A stretch of DNA of 64,000 bases from an uncultured bacterium (GTDB lineage Bacteria; Patescibacteriota; Saccharimonadia; Saccharimonadales; 2-12-FULL-41-12): NCBI GenBank assembly GCA_963834265.1, contig CAWIAU010000001.1, positions 469,523 to 533,522 on the forward strand, given 5' to 3'. Positions 1 through 8,239 of this stretch are shown one piece after another. Position numbers and translations under genes: made by a program. The notes under the pieces are model-generated. The model was not told the DNA's origin and searched no databases. It worked only from the letters and a program-made list of their open reading frames with translations. Every line of letters begins with the position of its first letter. The first letter of the stretch is position 1.

Positions 1-35
1 ATCAGGAACTTTTCGGGCCTGAGACAATCCATGGA
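1..35 (-). repeat. Window-truncated copy of the modular intergenic repeat family: inverted start of module Z (atcaggaacttttcgggcctgag) followed by the ccatgg junction motif
   Basis: Exact reverse-complement match to ctcaggcccgaaaagttcctgat at 31526-31548 and a near match at 5215-5237; seen directly in the sequence. Confidence 0.6.
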
Positions 36-610
36 AAAATTACTAAAGATAATTTTGATTTATAAGAAGTTATTGAGAGTTTGGGGGTTGTTGTCCGGAA
101 AGTATTGCTAATGTGCCGGGGCTGACTCTGAGTGTTAGTGTTCTGTCAAAATGACGTCCTATGGCCGGATGTGTGCCCGGATCTCCTAATTCTCTTAACC
201 CAGCGGATATCTGTGCAATGTGTAAACCTGCCGTGGCGCCTTCTTCTCCCATTAAACTTGTAACCGGAGGTAATTCCGGCTCAAATTGTCTACCTTGCCC
301 CCCCTCGTAGTTGGCCTCTGGCATAAAGTTCTCTCCTATAATTTTCTCTTAACAATGAGATTATACCATAGGATTCTTATGCATCTTTTTTTGATCAATT
401 ATGTCGAAGTCCATGGATTTTACCAGCATTTGCCGGAACGGATTGATGCTCAATCAAATTGGCTTAAATCACTGATACGAAATCAGTTTTGCTTCTCATA
501 TAAATAATAAAGCGGGACCGACCAAAGGGAGTCTTTCGTATCAAAGGCTATTCTGGTATTGGGTGGCAGACATTTGATTGGCAACCGCCGCGGCTCTTTT
601 GAATACTTTT

Positions 611-670
611 CTAGCTGAAGAGAAAAGTAGGTCGAGCCGACCTTCAGGTCGGGCTGAAACTGATTTTTCT
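611..670 (-). repeat. Inverted degenerate copy of the module X start (aaatcag-ttcag-...cctgaaggtc...) of the intergenic repeat family. It also forms a GC hairpin plus T-run that could terminate topA on the minus strand
   Basis: The reverse complement aaaatcagtttcagcccgacctgaaggtcggctcgacctacttttct aligns with 56261-56310 (ttaaatcagcttcagaccggcctgaaggtcagcccgacttcctttttg). Confidence 0.5.
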
Positions 671-703
671 AATCACTAATCCCTAAAACCTAATCACTTA
701 CTC

Positions 704-2998
704 TCACTTCTTCGCAGTTTTGCGTTTGAAGGAGCGTTTTTTGCGGGCCGGGGCTTTGGCCAGCATTTCTTTGGCTGTGGCCTCGTCAATATCTTCAGCT
801 TTCATATCTTTGGGGATGCGGGCATTCTTTTTGCCGTCGGTAATGTATGCACCGTAGGGGCCATTGACAATTGATACGCCGTTTTTGAATTGCGCCACAT
901 ACTTATTTGCATCTTTTTCAAGTTTTTCTTTGTAGAGTTGAAGAGCTTCTTCTATTGTAATTTGCATAGGATCAAGGGGTTTAATCGACACAAATAACTT
1001 GTCTACCTGAATATAGGGACCAAAGCGGCCAATGTTAGCCTTAATTTCTTTGCCGTCCTCGGTCTTCCCTACTGTACGCGGCAATTTGAACATATCCAGC
1101 GCCTGCTCGAAAGTAACTGTCTTGAGGTTTGCACCATCAGGCAAAGGCGCAAAGACCGGCTTCTCATCATCTTCTGTCTCACCCATCTGCAACATCGGGC
1201 CGTAACGGCCGTAACGGGCAACAATTGGCTTGTTTGTCTTTGGATCAACACCCAGAGCTCTGGACTTGCTTGTTTCCTGCCGGTTAGCAGCATCAGATTT
1301 GGCAACAAGCGGATGAAAAGATTCATAAAATGTAGCAATAGTCTTATTCCAACTCTGTTTACCTTCGGCAATTTTGTCAAAATCAGCTTCGGCTTTGGCC
1401 GTAAAGTCGTAGTCCATAATCGGCGCGAAATACTGCAGCAAAAAATCTGTCGTCATATCGGCCAGATAGGTTGGTAATAACTTGCTCCGCTCTACGCCGG
1501 TTAACTCTGTAGTTGTTTCGCGGGTGACAATCTTGTCTTTCAGTGTCAGATTCCGGAGATCGCGACTACGTCCCTCTGAGTCAGCTTTCTCGACATAACC
1601 GCGACTTTGAATGGTAGAAATAGTCGGGGCGTAAGTGCTGGGTCGCCCGATACCGAGCTCTTCCAGCTTTTTCACCAGTGAGGCCTCTGAGTATCTTGCC
1701 GGTGGACGATCGAACGATTCTATCGCATGTATATAATTCAGTTTGAGGTCGCTTCCATCTGCTACCTGCGGCAATATGGTATCGTCTTTGCCACCACCAT
1801 AGACGCGAAGATAACCATCAAAAGTCAGAACTTCACCTTTAGCCAGTAATACTTCCGGCCGGCCGGAGATGCTTATAGTAAGCTCTGCCCTTTCCAGTTG
1901 CGCACCGGACATCTGACTGGCCAGAGCACGGCGCCAGACAAGCTGATATAAACGATTTTGCTGTTCATCTGCTCCGGCACTAAGAATATTGAAATCCGTA
2001 GGTCTGATAGCTTCGTGGGCTTCCTGTGCGCTTGCGTTCTTTGTCGTGTATTGGCGGGTAGTGTGATAATTACTACCGTAAGTCTTTTCAATATATTGAG
2101 CGGCTGCTGATAAAGCTGTATTCGAGAGGTTCGTACTGTCGGTACGCATATATGTGATATGGCCATTTTCGTATAATCTCTGCGCCAGAGTCATGGTCTG
2201 CCGAACGCTGAAGCCAAGTTTGGCCGAAGCTTCCTGTTGCAGACTACTTGTCGTAAAAGGGGCCGCGGGGTTGCGAACGCCGGCCTTTTTCTCAGATCCG
2301 GCAACAGTGAAGGTGCTGTCTGCTACGCCATTCAGAAAATCTTCGACAGTCTGTTCATCTGGTAATTGCTTTGGCAGTATGGCTTTGAGCTCATCACCTC
2401 CCGCATCGAAATAAGCGCTGACTTTAAACTGCGAGTTACTGGTGAACTTCTCAATCTCACGTTCGCGCTCGACAATTAGCCGTACTGCAACAGACTGTAC
2501 GCGGCCGGCACTGAGCCCGGTCTGGACCTTTTTCCACAGCACAGGAGACAGCTCATAGCCTACGAGACGGTCCAGCACGCGCCGTGCCTGCTGGGCGTCT
2601 ACCAGATTTATATCAACGGTACGGGGATTTTTGACAGCCGCGTCAATTGCAGGTTTAGTGATCTCATGGAATACAATCCGTTTAGTAGTCTCAGGTTTAA
2701 GTCCCAAAGCATGGCACAGATGCCAGGCAATTGCTTCTCCTTCCCGGTCTTCATCAGAGGCCAACCAGACTGTTTCAGAGCTTTTGGCCGCTTTTTTGAG
2801 GTCATTTACAACTTTTTTCTTGTCGTCTGCTATTTCGTAAGTTGGCTCGAAACCGTTTTCTTTGTCAATTGAGAGACCTTTTTTAGGTAAATCACGGATA
2901 TGGCCGAAACTGCTCATGACCGTGAAGTCACTACCGAGATATTTCTCTATGGTTTTGCCCTTGGCCGGGCTCTCAACAATTACCAGATTTTTACTCAT
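704..2998 (-). CDS. topA: DNA topoisomerase I (type IA) with a Toprim domain, core domains and a Lys-rich C-terminal tail
   Basis: 764 aa. N-terminus LVIVESPAKGKTIEKYLG...EGEAIAWH is the Toprim/TopA signature; overall length and motif order are typical of TopA. Confidence 0.93.
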   Translation of the reverse strand: MSKNLVIVESPAKGKTIEKYLGSDFTVMSSFGHIRDLPKKGLSIDKENGFEPTYEIADDKKKVVNDLKKAAKSSETVWLASDEDREGEAIAWHLCHALGLKPETTKRIVFHEITKPAIDAAVKNPRTVDINLVDAQQARRVLDRLVGYELSPVLWKKVQTGLSAGRVQSVAVRLIVEREREIEKFTSNSQFKVSAYFDAGGDELKAILPKQLPDEQTVEDFLNGVADSTFTVAGSEKKAGVRNPAAPFTTSSLQQEASAKLGFSVRQTMTLAQRLYENGHITYMRTDSTNLSNTALSAAAQYIEKTYGSNYHTTRQYTTKNASAQEAHEAIRPTDFNILSAGADEQQNRLYQLVWRRALASQMSGAQLERAELTISISGRPEVLLAKGEVLTFDGYLRVYGGGKDDTILPQVADGSDLKLNYIHAIESFDRPPARYSEASLVKKLEELGIGRPSTYAPTISTIQSRGYVEKADSEGRSRDLRNLTLKDKIVTRETTTELTGVERSKLLPTYLADMTTDFLLQYFAPIMDYDFTAKAEADFDKIAEGKQSWNKTIATFYESFHPLVAKSDAANRQETSKSRALGVDPKTNKPIVARYGRYGPMLQMGETEDDEKPVFAPLPDGANLKTVTFEQALDMFKLPRTVGKTEDGKEIKANIGRFGPYIQVDKLFVSIKPLDPMQITIEEALQLYKEKLEKDANKYVAQFKNGVSIVNGPYGAYITDGKKNARIPKDMKAEDIDEATAKEMLAKAPARKKRSFKRKTAKK

Positions 2999-3150
2999 GC
3001 ATCTCCGGATTATTCAAATAAAGTTGTAATGGTTAGTATACCCTACTCTTATAAAGGACAAGTTTCAAGCCTACGATGCTTGCTAAGCCTAGTCAAGAGG
3101 TTTGGAATAATCCTTATGGTATAATATTATCAATCTAAAGAGAGATCAAA

Positions 3151-4821
3151 ATGTATAAAAGCTTTATAAACGGGTTGATACTCGCAGTATTGCTGACAGC
3201 AACTTTGTTGCAGGCCGCTACTCCTGTCTTTGCAGCCACATCAATCAGACTGTACCTGAATCCCGGGTCAAGGACTGTTACGAACGGTACGGCTTTCGCT
3301 GTACAGATGCGTCTGAGCAAAAACGACAACACATTTGTCAAACACGTCCGGGCCAGCCTCAACTTTCCTGCAGATAAGCTGGCAGTGAGTTCGATCTCTT
3401 CTGCGGGCAGCTACTTTATTGTCCCGGAGGGCGTCGGGGCAACTTATAATAACAGCACCGGAACGGTTACATACGAAGGCGGTAATGATGATTCTGCAAA
3501 TGCAGGAGACTTTCTGGTCGCAACCATCAACTTCGTGACTAAGAGTCCGGGCACTGCGGGTGTGATATTTAATGGTCAGTCCAGGGCTACCTTTACGAGC
3601 AATGGCGAGAATCGTCTGACTGGTACAACAGGCGGTACATATACTATTAGTTCTCCACCCGCGCCCCCTCCACCGCCAGGCCCGTCACCACCCCCCCCGC
3701 CCGGTCCGTCTCCGTCACCACCCCCCGCCGGCAATCCGGTTATACCGCCAATCCTTTCTATACCTGCGCCAGCATCACCTCTGTCACCTGGTGGTATCAG
3801 GCCCGCACCAGGCGCCCCTACATCAACTCCTGCCAATCCACCACCAGGTACAGCTCCTGATACTGAAGATATCAACAATGAATATTCTCCTGAATCCGGT
3901 CCCGTATTTCAGGTAAGTAACATACAAGTGACTGAAGTTACCAGCAGTTCGGCTATTATCAGCTGGGAGACAGCTCAGGGGACTACCGGTACAGCAATAA
4001 GTTATGGAACTGATGCCAAAAACCTCAGGAATGTTCGTCAGGCAGGCGATCCACTGTCTGATGTGAGAATAAAAATTGATAAACTTCCCTCCGGTAAGAC
4101 AATATATTATGAGATAACTGCTGTAGATGGAAGTCAACAGGCAGTACATAAGGGCAGTTTCAAAACCGTTAACGGACCTTTCTGGGCTTCGAATCTTTTC
4201 CGGGGTTTCATGATTCTAACGGGGCTGATACTACTTTTAGGATTATTATTCTTTCTGTTCAGAAAAAATCATCATCGTCGTCATGCAAAATCCGGTCTTT
4301 CTCCGGCGCTTCAGAATACCAGAGCTCCATCACCGTCTGAAGCATCAGCAATTCTGAGCGCAGTAGCTACCTCTCACAAAAAGCAGACGGCAAAAATCAG
4401 TTCGCCTGCTCCATCACCGCCACCTCCGAAAATAATGCCCTTGCCGCCACCTCAGCTACCGCATATTGATCCGGCAATTAGCAAATTCGCGCCGATACCG
4501 GAATCCGTCACGAATATAGAGCCACAGCCACAATCTTCTGCGCATAAGCACGAAAAGTCTTCGGTGCCGGCTCCTCCTAATGTACCTGTACTTCCTCCCG
4601 CGACCACTCCTGAGCCTATCCCGTATACCGGCAAGGCTTCTACCTCTGCAAATCCCAGCACGCACTGGCCATGGACTGCCGAAGGCCAGACTACTCCGGC
4701 TGGTGCCGCTGCGACGAAATCAAAGCTACAGGAATATAAGGACGAACCCGACATGTTTGAGCTTGGTGAAGCCCGCCTGAAACAGGAAGAAGCGGAGCTG
4801 GCAAAGAAAAATCCAAAATAG
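3151..4821 (+). CDS. Secreted or membrane-anchored surface protein. It has a signal peptide, a cohesin-like Ig-fold domain, a polyproline linker (PPPPGPSP repeats), a fibronectin type III-like domain, a TM helix and a Pro-rich cytoplasmic tail
   Basis: N-terminal hydrophobic signal (LILAVLLTATLLQAATPVFA); the pattern GDFLVATINFVTKSPGTAGVIF resembles cohesin-like domains; VSNIQVTEVTSSSAIISWE is an FN3-like start; hydrophobic segment FMILTGLILLLGLLFFLF. Confidence 0.7.
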   Translation: MYKSFINGLILAVLLTATLLQAATPVFAATSIRLYLNPGSRTVTNGTAFAVQMRLSKNDNTFVKHVRASLNFPADKLAVSSISSAGSYFIVPEGVGATYNNSTGTVTYEGGNDDSANAGDFLVATINFVTKSPGTAGVIFNGQSRATFTSNGENRLTGTTGGTYTISSPPAPPPPPGPSPPPPPGPSPSPPPAGNPVIPPILSIPAPASPLSPGGIRPAPGAPTSTPANPPPGTAPDTEDINNEYSPESGPVFQVSNIQVTEVTSSSAIISWETAQGTTGTAISYGTDAKNLRNVRQAGDPLSDVRIKIDKLPSGKTIYYEITAVDGSQQAVHKGSFKTVNGPFWASNLFRGFMILTGLILLLGLLFFLFRKNHHRRHAKSGLSPALQNTRAPSPSEASAILSAVATSHKKQTAKISSPAPSPPPPKIMPLPPPQLPHIDPAISKFAPIPESVTNIEPQPQSSAHKHEKSSVPAPPNVPVLPPATTPEPIPYTGKASTSANPSTHWPWTAEGQTTPAGAAATKSKLQEYKDEPDMFELGEARLKQEEAELAKKNPK

Positions 4822-4852
4822 ATACATTTTTATAATTTAAATCCAGTTTTAT

Positions 4853-5430
4853 GACGACTTGAAAAGTCGCCCCGAGTCACTTTCTTGTGCCAACAAAAAC
4901 CATGTTCTTCCGACGAAGAACCAAGTCGATACTTTTACCAACAGCTGCAAAAGTATCCAAAAAGAGCCGCAGCGGTTGCCAAAACAAAGACTGTCACTCA
5001 AAACCAGGTTAACCTGTGACATGGAAAACTCCCTCTGGTCGGCCCTGTTCTATTTTATTAGCAGAACGAACAGGGCTGGTTCCATGCCAATGATTCAGAT
5101 CAACCTGAATGAGCGTCAATCCGTTTTGCCAAATGCTGGATGGAACCATGGACTAAAGTATTTTTATTTATAAATAATCCAAAATTATCTTTAGTAATTT
5201 TTCCTTGGATTTCTCTCAGGCCCGAAAAGTTCCTGAGGAGCGAGTGCCAAAAGCACAATTAGAGCCGAAGCAATGTTTGAGACATTTCCTCTTTGAGTAT
5301 AGTTAAGAAATGTTGAGTTTGCTGAGCATTGTGGTTTTGACAATGAGATCCTAAAGAATCTTTTCGTCGCCTGTTGTTTCTTTGCCTACTTTCTGGTCAA
5401 CACAAGAAAGTAGGTTGAGGTGACTCTAAA
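4853..5430 (+). repeat. Archetype full copy of the modular intergenic repeat family (X+Y+Z contiguous). Module X 4853-4990 has a tgccaac-loop hairpin, the gttcttccgacgaagaac hairpin and gttgccaaaa. The middle segment carries actccctctggtcgg plus a variable hairpin. Module Y 5110-5152 is gttttgccaaatgctgg...ccatgg. Module Z 5215-5430 is caggcccgaaaagttcctga...gtgccaaaag...hairpin cctactttctggtcaacacaagaaagtagg
   Basis: Module-by-module similarity to 28035-28290, 28975-29050, 30645-30895, 31515-31737, 56255-56520, 1-35 and 611-670; seen directly. Confidence 0.8.
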
Positions 5431-5467
5431 GAGTCAACTTGAAATGGGTTTTATAAAAATAATAACT

Positions 5468-6328
5468 TTATTTGAGTTTCCAGTGATTATTTCCCAGCGG
5501 GTGGAGGACGCCTTTGATTTCCAGCATAGTCAGATGTTGTTGGAATTGCTCTACGGGCAGATCGCTTTTGAGTAGCAGTTCATGGCCGTCCTGAGATCCG
5601 CCCCGAAGATGGACCAGTATAGCCTCTTCCTCTACATTTTCGGCGTAATACTTATGTTGTGTCTCTTGTGTTGTGATATTAATATTCATTGCCTCAAAGA
5701 TATCCCCGATACATGTCACGGGCGTAGCGCCTATTTTGATCAGGTTATTCGTACCGGCACTGGTCGGACTGGTAATGTTGCCGGGTACAACCAGTACCGT
5801 TTTGCCTTGCTCCATGGCAAAACGAGCAGTATGCAGACTACCACTTCTTTCAGCAGCTTCTGTTACCAGCAAAGCATCGGAAAAGCCGGCAATGATCCGG
5901 TTGCGCTCAATAAAGCTCCCCTGATGCGGACGCGCTGCATTTTCGTATTCGCTTACCAGCAAACCACCGGATTCTGTGATTTGTCGTGCCAGACTGTGGT
6001 GACTGGCAGGATAGATAGCTTTGACCCCGCCCGGGAGCACTGCAATAGTCGTGCCATGTGTATCAAGCGCTGCTTTATGAGCAATGCTGTCTACTCCCAA
6101 AGCGAGTCCGCTGACTATTACAATTCCCTGCCTTGACGCAGCAGATGTCAGATCGGTGGTAATTGTTCTGCCGTACGGAGTGATATTTCTTGATCCGACA
6201 ACACCAAGTACCGGATTCTGAAGTAATATTTCCAGGTCAGCCCCCATGCAGGTTAATTGCTTTGGTATCTGAGGCAACTGCTTTAGTCTTTCAGGGAGTT
6301 CGTTACAAGATAATATTGTCGGTTTCAT
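5468..6328 (-). CDS. dprA: DNA processing protein A (DprA/Smf), Rossmann-like DNA-binding domain
   Basis: 286 aa; VVGSRNITPYGRTIT...VIVSGLALGVDSIAHKAAL...LPGGV...ERNRIIAGFSDALLVTEAAERSGSLHTARFAMEQGKTVLVVPG are typical DprA motifs. Confidence 0.88.
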   Translation of the reverse strand: MKPTILSCNELPERLKQLPQIPKQLTCMGADLEILLQNPVLGVVGSRNITPYGRTITTDLTSAASRQGIVIVSGLALGVDSIAHKAALDTHGTTIAVLPGGVKAIYPASHHSLARQITESGGLLVSEYENAARPHQGSFIERNRIIAGFSDALLVTEAAERSGSLHTARFAMEQGKTVLVVPGNITSPTSAGTNNLIKIGATPVTCIGDIFEAMNINITTQETQHKYYAENVEEEAILVHLRGGSQDGHELLLKSDLPVEQFQQHLTMLEIKGVLHPLGNNHWKLK

Positions 6329-6370
6329 TTTTTCATCAAGTTGTTATTTATACAAAATAAGTTTAAGGTA

Positions 6371-6399
6371 TTGACATAAAGTAATATTTTTGCTATTAT
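6371..6399 (+). promoter_or_regulatory. Near-consensus sigma70-type promoter: TTGACA, 17-bp spacer, TATTAT
   Basis: TTGACA at 6371-6376, 17-nt spacer, TATTAT at 6394-6399; no ORF follows for more than 500 nt. Confidence 0.7.
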
Positions 6400-6405
6400 T
6401 GCAAC

Positions 6406-6757
6406 TTGTAAGTCCCGTTTAGCGGGATTTTCGTACCTTACACCCAATGTTTGTCCGACAGGCTTGCCTGGGAGACATTCGTTAGATTGTTTTAGAGTTT
6501 ATACTAAGTTGTACCCTCCGCTTAGTATATATTATCTTACGACTTGTCGTGAGAACTCTAAAACAAGCTAACCCCTTTAACTACAACCATTAAAGTGAGT
6601 CTGAATGATTCCGTCTTACGACGGAGACACAGGTCCGTATATACTACCTGGACATTGATGTTTCGCTGGGTGGGTTGAAGGGTGTTTTTTGAGCTTGACA
6701 GGTTCGAGCTCTGTAAGGAGCTTCCAGCGGTGCCCACCCCCTCTGGAAGCTCCTTTT
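6406..6757 (+). ncRNA. Candidate structured noncoding RNA (about 350 nt) of unknown class, transcribed from the 6371 promoter and ended by an intrinsic terminator. It contains multiple internal hairpins (for example tatactaag...cttagtata 9 bp, cttacgac-ttg-gtcgtgag, tccgtc-ttac-gacgga) and a long-range helix gttttagagtt/aactctaaaac
   Basis: The promoter-to-terminator unit contains no ORF of 60 aa or more on either strand, has dense secondary structure, and sits 185 nt upstream of the next gene, which has its own TATAAT box. Confidence 0.5.
6717..6757 (+). terminator. Intrinsic terminator: 11-bp perfect stem ggagcttccag/ctggaagctcc with a 15-nt loop, followed by TTTT
   Basis: Perfect inverted repeat at 6717-6727 and 6743-6753, then a T-run at 6754-6757. 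Confidence 0.7.
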
Positions 6758-6949
6758 AGTTATTATTGCCCACCCGGCCATAATTTTTTGCTAAAAATTT
6801 GCCTGGGTTTGCCTCATCGTCGACACATTTCCGGACTGACATAAGGCCACTGGCATTTTTCACCTTCGGAAGCTCATTGTACTTATAATTTAATTATATA
6901 TTTTGCGAAAAGTACATAACATACTATAATAAGTAACAGATGTAAGGAA

Positions 6950-7423
6950 ATGTTTATGAAACTATTATCCATTGAGATGCCGGAACGTACATTGCGAGCA
7001 AGAATCGTGGCTCAATTAGAACCAACTGAACAGATACGATTATATAACCTGGCTCAGGCTTCGGCAGTTACTGCGTTCTATGATTTGATCGGGTACCCTT
7101 TGAACAGGAATATTGCATTTAGTACAAGAAAGTATAATTTTGATTTTCCCGATGGGGTCGTTTTGACTAGCAGGTCAATTACGCCCCCGGGGCTAAACAC
7201 TATATTATTAGGGCTCTTAACCAGAGATAGCGGAGAGATCACTGATTTGGGCCATAAAATTGATCTGATAAATCCTGACGGGTCTGTGGGCGAGAGAGTA
7301 TTCAACGGGCTACTGACGCATTCCCCTGAAGGAATAGTGAGCCCCTCCGAAGTTGCTACGATGGAAGCCGCTGCGGATATACTGGCAGTAGCATGTGTAG
7401 AATCAGGAATTGGCTTACGTTAA
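6950..7423 (+). CDS. Hypothetical protein (157 aa)
   Basis: ORF with an AAGGAA RBS 8 nt upstream and TATAAT at 6925-6930; no recognisable motif. Confidence 0.5.
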   Translation: MFMKLLSIEMPERTLRARIVAQLEPTEQIRLYNLAQASAVTAFYDLIGYPLNRNIAFSTRKYNFDFPDGVVLTSRSITPPGLNTILLGLLTRDSGEITDLGHKIDLINPDGSVGERVFNGLLTHSPEGIVSPSEVATMEAAADILAVACVESGIGLR

Positions 7424-7437
7424 TATTTTTTTAGCTT

Positions 7438-8094
7438 TTAGATTATGAAGCTGCGGGTTTCGGCATTCAGCCGGGCGTTCCCGTAGATATATTCTGTCAG
7501 AATACTATTTGTTTCCCGTGTGAGAGAATCGAGATGCTTTGTTTCCTCTGTTGTGAACCTAGCGAGTACAAAATCTGTACTATCGATTTGCTCTGGTTTT
7601 TTGGGTCCGATTCCTATCCGCATACGTCCTGATTCTTCCCCGCCATGCTGAATGATCGATTTGATACCGTTGTGTCCGGCAGGACTGCCGCCAATTCGTG
7701 TGCGAATCTGGCCGAAATCTATATCCAGTTCATCGTAAACAATTAGTGTTTTGGAAACATCAATGCGGTAAAAATGCTGTACCGCCTGCATCGCTTCCCC
7801 GCTCAGGTTCATAAGGGTGACAGGCTTGATCAATACGACACGTACACTGCCCATAGTAAGGATAGAGATCATACACTTCAGATCTTTTTTGATAATCCAG
7901 TCCGGAAATTCCTGCTTATCAGCAAACTGATCTAACACCGCAAACCCGATATTATGCCGGGTGCCTTCATATTCTTTGCCAATATTTCCCAGTCCCACAA
8001 TCAATACATTGGTTTCGAGCCCAACAGAGTAGATAGGTATACTACTGCCAACATCGGGTTTTTTCTGAAATAATGCCATTAAAAAGCTCCCCAA
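7438..8094 (-). CDS. pth: Peptidyl-tRNA hydrolase. The true start is probably internal, near 8076
   Basis: LIVGLGNIGKEYEGTRHNIGF...MNLSGEAM...GHNGIKSI are Pth family motifs; the N-terminal 18-25 aa of the ORF are probably not translated. Confidence 0.85.
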   Translation of the reverse strand: MGSFLMALFQKKPDVGSSIPIYSVGLETNVLIVGLGNIGKEYEGTRHNIGFAVLDQFADKQEFPDWIIKKDLKCMISILTMGSVRVVLIKPVTLMNLSGEAMQAVQHFYRIDVSKTLIVYDELDIDFGQIRTRIGGSPAGHNGIKSIIQHGGEESGRMRIGIGPKKPEQIDSTDFVLARFTTEETKHLDSLTRETNSILTEYIYGNARLNAETRSFII

Positions 8095-8171
8095 GAGTTA
8101 ATTTGCCATTGAGGATTAACAATAAGCAATAAATCAGCGATGAACGATTGGCTATGAAAGTCTGTTCCCGA

Positions 8172-8226
8172 ATTGTAAATTGCTAACTGATAATTCATTG
8201 AACATTGTAAATTGCTAACTGATAAT
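8172..8226. repeat. Perfect 23-bp tandem direct repeat attgtaaattgctaactgataat (two copies, 32-bp period) in the der-pth intergenic region, upstream of pth
   Basis: Copies at 8172-8194 and 8204-8226; seen directly. Confidence 0.8.
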
Positions 8227-8239
8227 CTGAAAAATAAAT

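Noticed and set aside
70-507. ORFs 70-324 (-) and 286-507 (+)
   Set aside because: They fall in a region made of degenerate intergenic repeat modules, overlap each other, and have no RBS or motif, so they are likely non-coding.
6406-6757. Identification of the structured RNA as tmRNA (ssrA), RNase P RNA, SRP RNA or 6S RNA
   Set aside because: A tag-like frame (ANPFNYNH) and a T-arm-like element exist, but there is no acceptor-stem complementarity between the 5' and 3' ends and no canonical tmRNA 5' GGGG...UUCGAC. The RNase P P4 blocks (GGAAAGUCCGG / CCGGCUUA) are absent. The SRP domain IV motif is absent. The length is wrong for 6S. It is left as an unclassified ncRNA candidate.
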